A DNA stretch of 58,669 nucleotides, from positions 1-58,669 of IMG/VR virus record IMGVR_UViG_3300046804_003055. The stretch is one strand, 5' to 3'. Both the position numbers and the translations under genes were made by a program. Of this stretch, positions 29,301 through 36,628 are shown in pieces (the first letter of the stretch is position 1; every line of letters begins with the position of its first letter). The DNA comes from a virus (lineage: Duplodnaviria > Caudoviricetes). The notes under the pieces are model-generated. The model saw nothing but the letters and a program-made list of their open reading frames with translations. It was not told where the DNA came from and searched no databases.

Positions 29301-29829
29301 TGTTGGAGGATATGATAATCTTAATGAATGGAGCGCAAATGTAGCTTATGAAGTAAATGATATAGTTGTTGTAGGACAATACACATATAGATGTTTAAAT
29401 AATCATACAAGCTCATCAACATTTACTTTAGATTTAGCCAAATGGACATTCTTTGTTGGCAATATAAGATTAAAGAAAACTAGCTATAAAACTCATAATG
29501 TGAATAAGGCCCCCTATAGTCCAGCCGGCGACATAACTATGCCCGCTGATTTCACTGTTGATGGGTTAACAGCTAAAATTACTTTAACAAACAATCCGCC
29601 TATTGGAATTTTTATAACTATCGTGAGAAAAACAGGTATTTCGTGGGATGTAGATGGATTGTTTAATACAAATAATAAAATTGCAAATTTTATTAAAGAA
29701 GAACCAGGTATTTGGTATTATAGCTATAAGGACAGTGCGTATGCTGGTCGTCCAGCCCAACAAGTGTTTACTTTAGACGATGATAAGACCAGTATGGATG
29801 GAACAAATTTAACGTTTGATCAAGGATAA
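14356..29829 (+). CDS. Giant 5157-aa virion/baseplate protein with carbohydrate-binding-like and beta-propeller-like repeats
   Basis: Uninterrupted 15.5-kb ORF overlapping the gp6-like stop; W-x5-Y-x2-G-x2-V-x-Y-x-G-x2-Y repeats; FG-GAP-like blades. Confidence 0.8.
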   Translation: MAKKNTPFGNNSTTVNLLPKFYQTATNSKFLNATIEQLYQPGATTKINGYVGRQNAKAATASDIFIQAQSNDRQNYQLEPGVSINDDLNNIKFYKDYIDYINQINVFGGNTLNHSRLNEQEFYSWDPHIDWDKFVNFQNYYWLPYGPDTIDLGLVPYLVSTYSVNLQPTSDANVYVFSPDGKSYNPILKLYKGITYKFVIDSPNNPFSIKTFRSIGESNRYSTKDLINGIEKGTLTFTVPFDAPSLLFYQSETDINVGGAIEISTLDESFIFDVEKDLIGKRNFTLSNGQSLSNGMKISFANNVLPKTYSTGEYYVEGVGSAIKLIKAAITNVAGSYALTQTTKFDFTPFDTEPFGDSIGYPADKDYFTINRASKDANPWSRYNRWFHKDVIIASALYNNAETNIDQLQRAVRPIIEFEADLKLYNFGNILLADIDVIDTYTTDVFSIIEGSKGYNIDGINLSDGHLVLFTADTDELVKNKIYKVSFVNILGYRQIHLEEYATPTINNTVIVRQGVLNQGKGYWFDGSTWLYAQQKTTVNQPPKFDIVDDNGISFSNFDTYPSSTFTGTTLFEYKKGNSIIDPVLGFSLAYQNVNNIGDIVFNFTLETDSFNYKINNAIVTKNINVGYLSKLTISDNIEFVNGWTTSSITDYQAAVRIYKNILGSSILLDAYDDANKLDDIDIKVYINGNRINRDQWTLTDTSPYKTIQLSSNIQISTNDIITVRSFSSQPINDNAFYEIPINLQNNPLNGTIGDFTLGEVINHVDSIIDNISNLGPSYKNILPIDFIGTFPGSSNLRDCGNLTSYGTKFVQHSGPSSLSLYHVTNENNNIVKALEQANADYNNFKRQFINTVSSLGYDADAYNIVNKVFQQITLNKPSTAPYYFSDMVPFGASVKTNLNVADYRIKKYPLTSVFTLDELSNKAVGVYLNGNQLLYKKDYIFDELGFIEILCNLNNDDVITTYEYESTDGCFVPATPTKLGLWPIYEPKIYLDTSLITPRWMIQGHDGSQVLAYGSYSEGDIPDYRDNVILELEKRIFNNIKVQYDPTIFNIYDIFPRYDRPSKYTLEEFNEVLAPAFYKWTELVGANGSKPLNYDINNSFTFNYTGHELPNKSTSLGYWRGIYRYVFDTDRPNLCPWEMLGLTIEPSWWTEVYGEAPYTNNNIPMWKDISEGIIREPGKQIVYLDDYKKPFLLNHIPVDEYGNLLSPLSCGITKGTITPSVNGKYVFGDVAPVEAAWRRSSHFPFSIITACSILMPSKVFGVAIDRSRIVRNKANQLIYKDTSLRITPNSIQLPSVYTSSVRVQTAGIINYIVDLIFNYIFSNNLKSYEVYANDLSTMTVQLGYRTGSFTSKDQFSLLLESKTPLSSGNLFVPQEDFTVVLKKSNPVRTINYSGIIITKISTGYEVKGYSKTHPFFNYYSYIKTSGEINIGGISSTFVNWSPNSTYHVGVIVFFDGNYYRAKQTVTSGQSFNLSEFSYIPALPVTGGRTVQNRISWDRKNIIKVPYGHEFTTVQEVYDFIIGYGEYLKDQGLIFDDYNNNLGNVSNWNTSAKEFLFWTTQSWHAGQEKWSDWLSNQPILYGTVVRYNGDYYSAKSNLAPSAIFDYDNYIKLDGLSNVGNSVISLSPAAYKISVVSDYAVVDNISNPFNTYEFYKVNGNPIPVASISISKIDNVTSFSLIDDDGIYSASFYLVQHEHVVVIKNKSIFNDIIYNLESGYRRDRIKVSGYITSDWNGSFDVPGFVVDQAVIEVWKAWTDYNVGDVVNFQGNYYTANVFIAGSTEFEIINWSKLNYRPVPTLIPNWTNLATQFTDFYNLDSDGLNGNQQKIAQHLIGYQRRSYLKNILQDNISEFKFYQGMIRDKGTENVLTNLFGVLGADGKDSLTFYEEWALRTGRYGATSSYEEIEFVIPETNKNYNPLGVILTNTVDTTLPAFLLQQTPNDIYLKPLDYSSTPFITTSLPKTLLRDAGYVNNDDVKVSLGTLGEITTYNPKDFVEGDYAYCAFVGTSWNVYKYINSNLSVSSVTYLSNILTITFTTLSGLKAGDYIGIYSIDEITNFYKVASATLNSITISTVIKGWVNPFTQTNDVKIFKFIPYRIANIDNLDSVDLKTLTKNSLVWADSTYYGSWGVYKNSNVYTEEVVENPIRQPNLLLGTAIAVSKDSKFLASSTSQGRIIVYNKAGESLPWTYTQLIERPAISSDNSYLISATLTASSTVIYSSAASNSHLGGKVVGTGIRENTYVISVSPGVSLQLSLSAASSGLNSLTIITNVNTSTTGSSLALSEDGTWLAVGSPFANYATSNYVGNYNNSTTYAANSIVTLSTTIDGVTVTTAYKASSQTSGTLVVDSTTRLPVGNIPWTYMPYIPVDTTGTNSTLTNQGAVSIYNRDINGVYNLVDTILSPNPADNEKFGYQIYFTSGLTTNISESLYISAIGHSSNAGRVYKLDYGNITKVSTSYNPIGSSGTTIKVQSTSGISKGMTVVGTGFSSGQTVKTVVDTKTLILSLAPDSTPTGTLNFGIIGWGFFDFYANYVGDSNTQNFGTSIVAYNNKLAISGLSSVTNQGTAGYVNIYTNLKYGSAKPSPQRLFRDLSSLDPQLSGKISFGKSIDFSPNGLYLVVSDVYYDKDSSPLAGKVAIYSQQTNDQFILLQELVNHHVTPSGNFGSHVSFLTNNTVIVYSITAANRFEQIFDNGDTTFDNDRTFILEPSNPNGRVDIYDRYNTTWVYSESLDGTFDEPVGYGSSIAASNNCVLVGSPNALDKNIQSGKIYYYTKLADIFSWQLIDYGQQVPDVTKIKKAFLYNNQSNNLLTYIDVIDPLQGKIAGPAEEEIKYKTFYDPAKYSNSTHTNLLDEKSFWTDKQVGLLWWDLRNAKFLNNYSSNYVYRTSLWNTLAPSASIDIYEWVETNLLPSKWDALADTPTGLAQNISGTSLYGDDVYSVRKTYDNISKSYKSIYYYWVKNKKIVPSNISGRHISANDVSLLISNPRGQGYVCAALTGNNSFNLINVSSYLSDLNTIFSLEYWTIDKTDQNIHTQWKIISNDASVTLPNFIIEKWIDSLCGYDAVGRSVPDLTQPAKLRYGIENRPRQSMFINRIEALKQIIEYVNDITKVNQISEIKNLSTLESYETEPNQILGLYDDVIDTDLELRFTSATSFKQPNLNIQVSNDGKIVGITINYAGQGYKNAPYIDVVGTGTGAVVQSVIDSLGRIVGVTIVEAGQGYDSNTYCTIRNYSALVHTDLSSSNSWAIYSYNPNTTTWTRIRTQAYDVRKYWEKIDWYATGYNQFTLADFVVDTTVDLNSINDEIGNIVKVKTDSKGQWTLLEKISNSSSVFNDWTQIYKVIGIENGTIQFKSNLYNFVGTDVGYDSETYGSSDYDIVASKELRLILKSLNNDILTNDLKQEFLNLFFISVKYSLSEQLYVDWIFKTSFVKANYNLGMLDQPVNYPIDNLKDFEDYISEVKPYRTKIREYISQYQTLDNNQTAVSDFDMPPVYENGSIKLVNSFVTANDTIRVLDPAITTAPWKNWYDNVGFKIIEIKLIDGGSGYVYEPSVVINSKSGKGAKARAFISNGKVRNILILDYGTNYLSTPIISIVGGLSASGIAAKAVAIIGDGVVRSNLLGIKFDRITKNYFITQNKQIETFVGSGSLLQFALKWPPDVRVGQSSVTVNGQPVLRENYSFTIVTTKDSYTKHTGLLVLSSAPPKNSQIVVSYQIDQSVFTAVDRIQYYYNPESGSFGKDLSQLMLGVDYGGVVVSGLSFSTPTGYDSEPFMASKWDAFDSTNNNFTVILSANTRTITLPFTPLSSDVFNIYKEVVAEQLINGVDGITTSFNYSLSVYDPEVYVSKTSNTGQYLNRTFSSVSFVGSIITMVINDTTGIVKGMGIVGTGFGRSQLVDTIINSTTVTLTALPNVSLVSINQPLVFTFNYSGSSTLIVSSTQGVYAGDTVSSTTNTFTYGTKVKSVVNSTTIILDNILYNNIPLNSTVKFQRKLTNLIDVTISPNGVIKFTNAPTAGSNIRITGRTNPLRLDDEYYDTVRQKNKDAILASPTGYSVDSITVLEPGIYTRIPKILIQNSPIAGNSPEYTATVSTISAQAVGAIISSYGTGYAVGDTLTVANQATFKITALNTNTGTVISTSGADVTLSSTQGMAVGDSFVIAGNGTGLLQATSVYYVSSVSNNTIHLANSLANALIDNFIIFPNSTVSNTTFNSASLIGRPKTLVIVTAGTFSGNLTNTAQATTTNSLYGTGCTLILQYGIKNITVSQTGGGYITAPNILIGTPWSANLPVSLNDDVVYQHRHYLVTVAGTLDSSPPLHITGSIVYGTAELTYIGPAASAFSTLSIGKITLPQSLTVNDGDTFIIRNSTSDGSYQTKDSDYDTALSGGDLTYSTALGIAADDIIVDGDGFVTATTSPAPEEVVPGQIVDSLAVKVFDTQSSSSAQVKVDNYSSDGVTTGYKISQTPNSKQSVIVKVGADILTYDDDYTIDYKNKTINLSVAPSAGTIISIFSLGFGGKNILDLDYFIGNGNTTEFVTKATWQDDITVLVYVNGIVSSPQVFRTDGTYIIENSVGFRYGAPPVQGDLINYVIVSGSLPSFTISSKELIYTNGSISYQLQQPIGNNLPLDANMIVRNGQNILTASTNSYFTIGKNRLNYTIDKTVIVPGSVIASQIFVSVGDTLLTFGTDYVLNLNGITITITRNIYTQYSGKTLVISVTRDNQYFYNSVNNTIRFSQNYNGDIIEVMSFYVHDILDIQRTSLTYNSSSNLTADSVAYFDYKEIGQGTIKLDRAVLDDSYVWVTKNNKLLVPGIDYRLVDNNILQLNGTVVNNDVISLMTFDSNLTNGSRNIAYMQFKDMLNRTTYKRLSAKKQTYLIQDLNYNDRYIRVNDTSNLTLPNKQLNKPGVVEIQGERIEYFEVRQNTLSQLRRGTLGTGVRNIYVSGSYVQDIGASETIPYVDDTKINQIISDGTTTINLDYIPKSVNEIEVFVGGYDNLNEWSANVAYEVNDIVVVGQYTYRCLNNHTSSSTFTLDLAKWTFFVGNIRLKKTSYKTHNVNKAPYSPAGDITMPADFTVDGLTAKITLTNNPPIGIFITIVRKTGISWDVDGLFNTNNKIANFIKEEPGIWYYSYKDSAYAGRPAQQVFTLDDDKTSMDGTNLTFDQG

Positions 29830-29833
29830 TAAT

Positions 29834-32800
29834 ATGTCAAGACAAGTAATTTATGTAGGTCAAGTACCTAATGATGGAACAGGCGACAGTCTTAGAATTG
29901 CCGGCCAAAAAGTTAATCAAAATTTTGAAGAAGTTTATACAGCTTTAGATACTTTTAATTATACGCTGCCCGCTGCTACTACAAGTACACTCGGTGGAGT
30001 TAAAGTAGATGGTTCTACAATTATTGTAAATAACCAAGGCGTTATAAGTGCCACGTCTACTGTGCCAACAAATATTACAGGTAACGCAGGAACTGTAACA
30101 AACGGTGTATATTTAAACGGATCCTATGCTGATCCAAGTTGGATTACAAGTTTAAGTTATTCAAAATTAATTGGCGCACCTGCTCTTTATACATTGCCGC
30201 CTGCAACAACCAGTATATTGGGTGGTGTTATTGTAGATGGTACTAGTATTACTATCAACAATATTTCAAATATAATACAAGCCAATGCCGGTGCGTTGAT
30301 TGGTAGTAGTCTTGCAACAAATGTTACAAGTATTGGTGCCAACACAGGAACAACAACAATTAACAATAGTTTAACTGTAACTGGTAATTTAGATGTTAAA
30401 GGGTCAACTACTTTTGTAGAATCAACTGTTGTCCAAGTTGCAGATAAAAATATTGAATTAGCAACATCAACATCGCCAACTGATGTTTTAGCAGACAGCG
30501 GCGGAATTACATTAAAAGGCACTACAAATAAAACTTTGCAGTGGGCTTATGCTAGTTCTTCGTGGACTTCGAGTGAAAACTTTGACTTATCAAACGGAAA
30601 AACTTATAAAATTGGTGGTGTAGATGTACTCTCATCGTCTAGTTTAGGTTCTGGCATAACAAGTTCAAGTTTAACCAGTGTTGGTGTATTAGGTACATTA
30701 GTAGTTGGCACAGGTGGTCTTGCTGTTAATAGTTCTTCGGGTATTAGTACTACACAAACTACATTTCCATTATTAACAACAACCGCTACAACTATAAATT
30801 TTGCTTCGGCTGCAACTGCTTTGATCATAGGTGCGTCGACCGGAACAACTACAATTAATAGCCCTACAATAACTTATCCAAATGCTACTAATGTAAATTA
30901 TAATGGAGTTAGTCCAACACTTGCAACTACTAGTACAGGAACTGTAAGTTTGTTTAACAACAACGCATTGACAGCTAACCTGTTTGGCGATGCAACTAGT
31001 ATAAACATAGGATCTAGTAATGGTACTCTTACTGCGGCTAATCCAACAGTTACATTTAGCAATGCTACTAGTTTTAATATTAACGGCAGTAATCCAACAC
31101 TTAATACCAGCTCAACTGGTACCTTAACATTATTTGGAAATCCTAAGACTGTTATAGCATTTGCAGGTGCCACAACAACAACTATTGGATCAACTAGTGG
31201 ATTAACTAAAATAGCCAACAGTTTAGTAGCAACCGGTGCAACAAATGTTTCATTAAGTGCAACAATCATAACTGGTACAGCAGGACAATTTCAATGTAAT
31301 GCCAGCATTTTAAAAGTAGGAGATACAGTAACCGTTGCTGGAACACTAGTTGGTACAGCAACTATAACTGGTTATTCTAATCCAACAACTTATTATATCA
31401 TTACCACAGATGGATCTACTACATTTACTCTAAGTGCGATTGCAGGCGGATCAGCTATTGCAACTACAGCAGGTACAACCACTGGACTAACATTTACTCT
31501 TAATAGAGGAGCAATTGTAATTGATAGTTCTAACGGTATTACTACTACACAAACTTCAATTAGTTTATTAAACACCACAGCAACAACCATTAATGCTTTT
31601 GGTGCAGCAACATCACTTAGCATTGGCGCTTCAAGCGGCTCAACTACAATAAACAATACATTAACTCTTGCAAAATATTTTACTGCTTCAAATGTTGCTC
31701 TTAATTACACCAGTACTGCTTCGGCTGGTACTACAACAACTTTAACTAATACTTCTACTTATTTTCAGGCAATAACTGGTAGTTCAAATCAAAATATTAA
31801 ATTACCGGATGCAACAACTCTAGTAACTGGATTTGCTTTCAAAATTTTTAATAATTCTACTGGAACACTAACAATTCAATATAATGATGCAACTACTCTT
31901 AATACAGTAAGTGCAGGCGGAAGCAGATTATTAGTTTGCTCAAGCACATCAACAACAAATGGTGTTTGGGAAGTACACGGATTTTTACCAAATAGCGGAT
32001 TGTTTGGCACAAATCTTATAGATTCTAGCACAGCAACATTTAGTGTGTTTACATCACCATCAACCTTAACAGTTGGATATACTGGCGCAGCCGCCAGCAT
32101 TACTTACCTTTCAAATGGTGCAACTACATCATCCACGACTAAACGTATTGATATAGGTGAATCTGGTCTTGCTAGTTCAGTTACTAATATAAACATTGGT
32201 AGTTCGGTGTCTGGAGCCCTCGGAACTACAACTATAAATTCACCAACAGTCACTTTATCAAATGCAACAGTATTAAACATAAATGGTGCAAGTCCAAGCA
32301 TAGTTACTTCTAGTACAGGTACTGCATCAGTGTTTAATACTAATGCTCTTACCGGCAGTTTATTTGGTGCAGCTACTACACTAGCTATTGGAAATACAGT
32401 AACAGCCGCACAAACAGTAAACATGTTTACTGCTAGTACCGGTGCCAGCACTTACAACTTTGCCACAGGTGCAACAGTTAACGGTACTACAAAAACAATT
32501 AATATCGGCACTAACGGTGTAAGCGGATCAACAACAAATATTGTTATAGGATCTAGTGCAGGTACAAGCTCTACAACAATTTACGGTTTTACAGTCGGCA
32601 GTAATATTGTAACAAGTTCATCAAGTTTTGATTTAATTAATACCACAGCAACAACACTTAATATTGGCGGCGCCGCAACAACATTAACTTTAGGTAATAC
32701 TGCTACTACGGCTCAAACAGTAAACATGTTTACAGCATCAACTGGTGCTAGTACTTATAATTTTGCCACTGGCGCTACTCTTAACGCAACTACTAAAACA

Positions 32801-33532
32801 ATTAATATTGGAACAGCAGGTGTAAGCGGATCAGTTACTAACATAGGTATTGGTAGTACAGTAAGTGGTGCAACAGGAACAACAACTATTGGTGGTGTTA
32901 CAACAACCCTCACCGGTACAACCTTAAACATAAATGGCGCAAGCCCAAGCATAGTAACCAGCGATACCGGCACAGCCTCAGTATTCAACACTAATGCTCT
33001 TACCGGCAGTTTATTTGGTGCAGCCACTACTATTAACATAGGAAATACTGTAACCACAGCTCAAACTGTAAACATGTTTACAGCTAACACTGGTGCTAGT
33101 ACTTACAACTTTGCCACAGGCGCAACATTAAATGCAACCACTAAAGCAATTAATATTGGCACTAATGGTGTATCAGGCTCAACAACTAATATTACAATTG
33201 GTGGCTCTGCAGGTACAAGTACAACTACTATTAATGGAACAATTAAAACTACAAATGCTATAGCAACTACTGCCGCAGCACCTACTATTGCTAGTGCTGG
33301 AACTATTGCTCCTACTGCTTATATCACATTTATTTCAGGTACTACTAGCATTACTACAATTACTGCTCCGGCGTCAATGACTGGCTCCGGCGGACAAATT
33401 GTGTTAATTCCTACAGGAACTTGGAGCACAGCAACATCTGGTAATATTGCTTTAGCATCTACTGCTGTGGTTAATAAGGCGTTAATTATGTATTACGATA
33501 GTGCTACAGGCAAATGGTACCCAAGTTATTAA
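29834..33532 (+). CDS. Thr/Ser-rich fibre protein with a T4 gp9/gp10-like N-terminal baseplate-attachment motif
   Basis: NDGTGDSLRIAGQKVNQNFEEVY N-terminus; start moved to ATG 29834 (AAGGA RBS); extensive internal repeats. Confidence 0.75.
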   Translation: MSRQVIYVGQVPNDGTGDSLRIAGQKVNQNFEEVYTALDTFNYTLPAATTSTLGGVKVDGSTIIVNNQGVISATSTVPTNITGNAGTVTNGVYLNGSYADPSWITSLSYSKLIGAPALYTLPPATTSILGGVIVDGTSITINNISNIIQANAGALIGSSLATNVTSIGANTGTTTINNSLTVTGNLDVKGSTTFVESTVVQVADKNIELATSTSPTDVLADSGGITLKGTTNKTLQWAYASSSWTSSENFDLSNGKTYKIGGVDVLSSSSLGSGITSSSLTSVGVLGTLVVGTGGLAVNSSSGISTTQTTFPLLTTTATTINFASAATALIIGASTGTTTINSPTITYPNATNVNYNGVSPTLATTSTGTVSLFNNNALTANLFGDATSINIGSSNGTLTAANPTVTFSNATSFNINGSNPTLNTSSTGTLTLFGNPKTVIAFAGATTTTIGSTSGLTKIANSLVATGATNVSLSATIITGTAGQFQCNASILKVGDTVTVAGTLVGTATITGYSNPTTYYIITTDGSTTFTLSAIAGGSAIATTAGTTTGLTFTLNRGAIVIDSSNGITTTQTSISLLNTTATTINAFGAATSLSIGASSGSTTINNTLTLAKYFTASNVALNYTSTASAGTTTTLTNTSTYFQAITGSSNQNIKLPDATTLVTGFAFKIFNNSTGTLTIQYNDATTLNTVSAGGSRLLVCSSTSTTNGVWEVHGFLPNSGLFGTNLIDSSTATFSVFTSPSTLTVGYTGAAASITYLSNGATTSSTTKRIDIGESGLASSVTNINIGSSVSGALGTTTINSPTVTLSNATVLNINGASPSIVTSSTGTASVFNTNALTGSLFGAATTLAIGNTVTAAQTVNMFTASTGASTYNFATGATVNGTTKTINIGTNGVSGSTTNIVIGSSAGTSSTTIYGFTVGSNIVTSSSSFDLINTTATTLNIGGAATTLTLGNTATTAQTVNMFTASTGASTYNFATGATLNATTKTINIGTAGVSGSVTNIGIGSTVSGATGTTTIGGVTTTLTGTTLNINGASPSIVTSDTGTASVFNTNALTGSLFGAATTINIGNTVTTAQTVNMFTANTGASTYNFATGATLNATTKAINIGTNGVSGSTTNITIGGSAGTSTTTINGTIKTTNAIATTAAAPTIASAGTIAPTAYITFISGTTSITTITAPASMTGSGGQIVLIPTGTWSTATSGNIALASTAVVNKALIMYYDSATGKWYPSY
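32260..33230 (+). repeat. Intragenic tandem duplications in the fibre gene
   Basis: 35-nt exact repeat at 32339-32373 and 32990-33024 (offset 651 nt = 217 codons); three copies of AQTVNMFTAxTGASTYNFATGAT. Confidence 0.85.
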
Positions 33533-33560
33533 CCTTTATATTAGCAGTTAATAAAACACA

Positions 33561-33566
33561 TAAATA
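33561..33566 (+). promoter_or_regulatory. Putative late promoter
   Basis: Intergenic TAAATA upstream of ATG 33586. Confidence 0.55.
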
Positions 33567-33585
33567 TTGAATAAGAGAGATTTTT

Positions 33586-34194
33586 ATGCAAACGAAAGAA
33601 CAAACTGGAGTGTATATAAGAGGACATATTAAAATACATGATCCTAGCACACAAGAGATTTTTGTAGACAAAAGTAATGCTATTCATTATGAAAACATGA
33701 GTATAGCGTTGGCTCAAAGTATAGCAAATAGTGGCAACGGATTTATATATAATATGGCTTTTGGCAATGGCGGAACTGCCGTTGATCCTACAGGAATAAT
33801 AACTTACTTGACTCCAAATACATCTGGCACTAACGCAAGTTTGTATAATCAAACATACAGTAAAATAGTAAATCAAACGTCAAGCTCAAATAATGATCCA
33901 ACAAGAAATTTTGTAGAAACACGCCATTTGACAGGTCAAAATTATACTGATGTGTTTGTTACATGTTTTTTAGATTACGGGGAACCAACCGGACAAAGCG
34001 CATATGATACTACAACAGCAGGAGAAAGTGCTTATGTATTTGATGAATTGGGTTTACAAACTTTAGATTCTTCAGGTAATGTAATGCTACTTACTCATGT
34101 AATTTTTCATCCGGTCTTAAAAAGTTTAAATCGATTAATTCAAATTGATTATACTGTAAGAATTCAAAGTTTAACCGGTTTGGTAGGAGCATAA
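33586..34194 (+). CDS. Putative structural (baseplate/fibre adaptor) protein
   Basis: Sits within the tail cluster; beta-rich; LDYGEP, FDELGL and [14 protein letters not shown] motifs. Confidence 0.6.
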   Translation: MQTKEQTGVYIRGHIKIHDPSTQEIFVDKSNAIHYENMSIALAQSIANSGNGFIYNMAFGNGGTAVDPTGIITYLTPNTSGTNASLYNQTYSKIVNQTSSSNNDPTRNFVETRHLTGQNYTDVFVTCFLDYGEPTGQSAYDTTTAGESAYVFDELGLQTLDSSGNVMLLTHVIFHPVLKSLNRLIQIDYTVRIQSLTGLVGA

Positions 34195-34195
34195 A

Positions 34196-36628
34196 ATGAC
34201 TTATTCGGTAACGTTCACTGAATCAAATAATCCTGCTAAAACCCCTATAGTAGTAGCAGACGGCACTTTAAATCAAACAACAAATTTATCTTTTGTAGGA
34301 CAAAATTATTCAGGTTACGGCGGCGCTTTAGCTAAAAATTTCCTACATTTATTAGAAAATTTTGCAAGCCCAACATCGCCTGGTGCTGTCGGATCTACTA
34401 TCACAGGTACCCCAGTTCAGGGGCAGTTATGGTACGATACATCTACAGGACTTTTAAAAGTTTGGGATAGCACATCTTGGGTTCCAACTGGTAGTGTTAA
34501 AAAACAATTTGAAATTCCCTCAACTAGCAGTAGCTCTACTGGAGATTTATGGGTTGATTTAAATACAACACAATTAAAAATGTGGACAGGATCAACCTGG
34601 GCATTAATTGGTCCTCAATTTACTTCAGGAAACTTATCAGGCCCACAAGTTGAAACTATTGCTGATACAAGTAATATTGATCATTATGTTGTATCAATGT
34701 ATGCTAATAATAATAGAATAGCCATATTCAGTAAAGAAGCTTTTACTCCTAAATATTCTATTAGCGGTTATTCATTAATAAATGAAGGTATTACACTTAG
34801 TTCAGTAGATTCAACATCTACAACTTGTCAATTTATTGGATCGATATCTGGAAATGTATTAACTGTTAGTCAAGTTTCGAGCGGACAAATAAGTGTAGGT
34901 ATGGTAATTACAGGTTCTGGTATTCAAACAGGAACCTTTATTACTGGACAAGGAACAGGATCAATAGGAGTTGGAACTTATTACGTAAGTGTATCGCAGA
35001 CAGTTACACAAACTACTGCCACCGGTTCAAATTCAAATCTAACCAGATTTTGGGGAACAGCATCAACAGCAGATTCGTTGCTTATTAATAATAGTTTAGT
35101 AGCATCATCTAATTTTTTAAGATCTGACCAATCAAGTACAACAAACTATCCTTTAGGAATTAGACAAGATGGTGGGTTGACAGTAGGAAATAATTTAACA
35201 TTCAATATCGGTGTTACTAGTAATATTGCTAGTTTGTATAATCAAACTAATAATTCTAGTATGGAATTTATTTTAACTAGATCAAATTCTAGACAAGTTT
35301 TAATTCATATAGATGGCGTAACTGGAAGAATTGGTTTAGGAGCAAACAATGTTAGTCCAAGTGCAACCTTAGATCTTGCAGGCGAAGCCTTAATAAAAGA
35401 TGATACAACAAACAGTGTACCTGGAAGATTAGTTATTACCGGTACAACAAATGTTGGAGATACTAGTACTGGCACTCAAGACCCTGGCGGAGCAAGTATT
35501 CAAACACTAGGCGGTTTAACAGTTGCTAAAGACGCCTCTATAGGCGGCTCACTAGCTTCAGGACCAATTGTCCTCAATAATTTTATATCGCAGTCAACAA
35601 CACCAAATAGCTCAGTTCCGATTATTCAACCAGGCTCTGACTCTGCTGATGCCGCGTATGATATAGGATCTTCAAGTAGAAGATTTAGAAATATTTACGC
35701 TCAAAATTTTGTAGGAGCATTTAGCGGATCATTTAGCGGATATGTACAAGGTAGTATTAGCGGCTCAGCGGCAAAACTAGCTAGCCCAACAGTTTTTCAG
35801 ATTAGAGGTGATGTAACTTCTATAGACGGTGATGTTACTTTCAACGGACAATCTACAACCCAAACAGCAACTTTCCAAACCTCTATAAGTCAAACGCTAA
35901 TAACAACTAAGACTGCTTTAACAGATTCAACTGGAACTGATAAATTTTTAGTTTATAGAAGTGGTTTAAATTCTGGATTATATAGCATGACTAAGGATGT
36001 GCTATTAAAACATGTTCCCACAGTTCCAATTGGGTGTATTTTTCCATTTGCAGGACCGTCTAGTCAAGTGCCTACTGGTTATTTGTTGTGTGATGGTAGC
36101 GAAGTACAAACAACTGTATATGGATTGTTGTTTGGTGTAATTGGTTATGCGTACAAACCAGCTGCATTACTATTAGGATCTGGAACATTTGCATTACCAG
36201 ATTTAAGAGGAAGATTCCCCTTAGGTGCAGATAATATGAATAATGGTAATACAGTTCCAGATAAAAATAATATTAATAATTTAATTACTACTATTACAAC
36301 TCCTGCTAATCGTGTGTCAGATGTAACAGCAGACACAATTGGAAATTATAAAGGACAACAGGCAGTTTCGTTAACAGTTAATAACTTACCAGAACATACT
36401 CATACCCTAAATAGTGGAATTGCACAATATTATGCATCTGGAGTTCCAGGCGGCACCCCAGATGCAACAGTCGGTGCGCAAGCTGGATATGGTATGCCAG
36501 CATCTAGTACCGGTTATGGTTTTGCCGGCTCCGGAGGTGTTACTCACACAGGTACAATGGGCACTGCTATTAACGTTATGAACCCCTATCAAACAATAAA
36601 TTATATAATTTACACTGGTGTACTATAA
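34196..36628 (+). CDS. Tail fibre protein with C-terminal collar domain
   Basis: Shared N-domain (LLENFA...GQLWYD); collar [29 protein letters not shown]; C-terminal [10 protein letters not shown]. Confidence 0.8.
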   Translation: MTYSVTFTESNNPAKTPIVVADGTLNQTTNLSFVGQNYSGYGGALAKNFLHLLENFASPTSPGAVGSTITGTPVQGQLWYDTSTGLLKVWDSTSWVPTGSVKKQFEIPSTSSSSTGDLWVDLNTTQLKMWTGSTWALIGPQFTSGNLSGPQVETIADTSNIDHYVVSMYANNNRIAIFSKEAFTPKYSISGYSLINEGITLSSVDSTSTTCQFIGSISGNVLTVSQVSSGQISVGMVITGSGIQTGTFITGQGTGSIGVGTYYVSVSQTVTQTTATGSNSNLTRFWGTASTADSLLINNSLVASSNFLRSDQSSTTNYPLGIRQDGGLTVGNNLTFNIGVTSNIASLYNQTNNSSMEFILTRSNSRQVLIHIDGVTGRIGLGANNVSPSATLDLAGEALIKDDTTNSVPGRLVITGTTNVGDTSTGTQDPGGASIQTLGGLTVAKDASIGGSLASGPIVLNNFISQSTTPNSSVPIIQPGSDSADAAYDIGSSSRRFRNIYAQNFVGAFSGSFSGYVQGSISGSAAKLASPTVFQIRGDVTSIDGDVTFNGQSTTQTATFQTSISQTLITTKTALTDSTGTDKFLVYRSGLNSGLYSMTKDVLLKHVPTVPIGCIFPFAGPSSQVPTGYLLCDGSEVQTTVYGLLFGVIGYAYKPAALLLGSGTFALPDLRGRFPLGADNMNNGNTVPDKNNINNLITTITTPANRVSDVTADTIGNYKGQQAVSLTVNNLPEHTHTLNSGIAQYYASGVPGGTPDATVGAQAGYGMPASSTGYGFAGSGGVTHTGTMGTAINVMNPYQTINYIIYTGVL

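Noticed and set aside
30187-33057. Series of antisense ORFs rich in Val, Pro and Ala
   Set aside because: Shadow frames of the Thr/Gly/Ser-rich fibre gene; no RBS or promoter support.
32260-33230. Diversity-generating retroelement TR/VR pair
   Set aside because: The repeats are in-frame coding duplications with mostly synonymous differences rather than adenine-specific ones, and no reverse transcriptase is present.
33541-33876. 111-aa minus-strand ORF
   Set aside because: Antisense to the well-supported 33586-34194 gene, with atypical composition.
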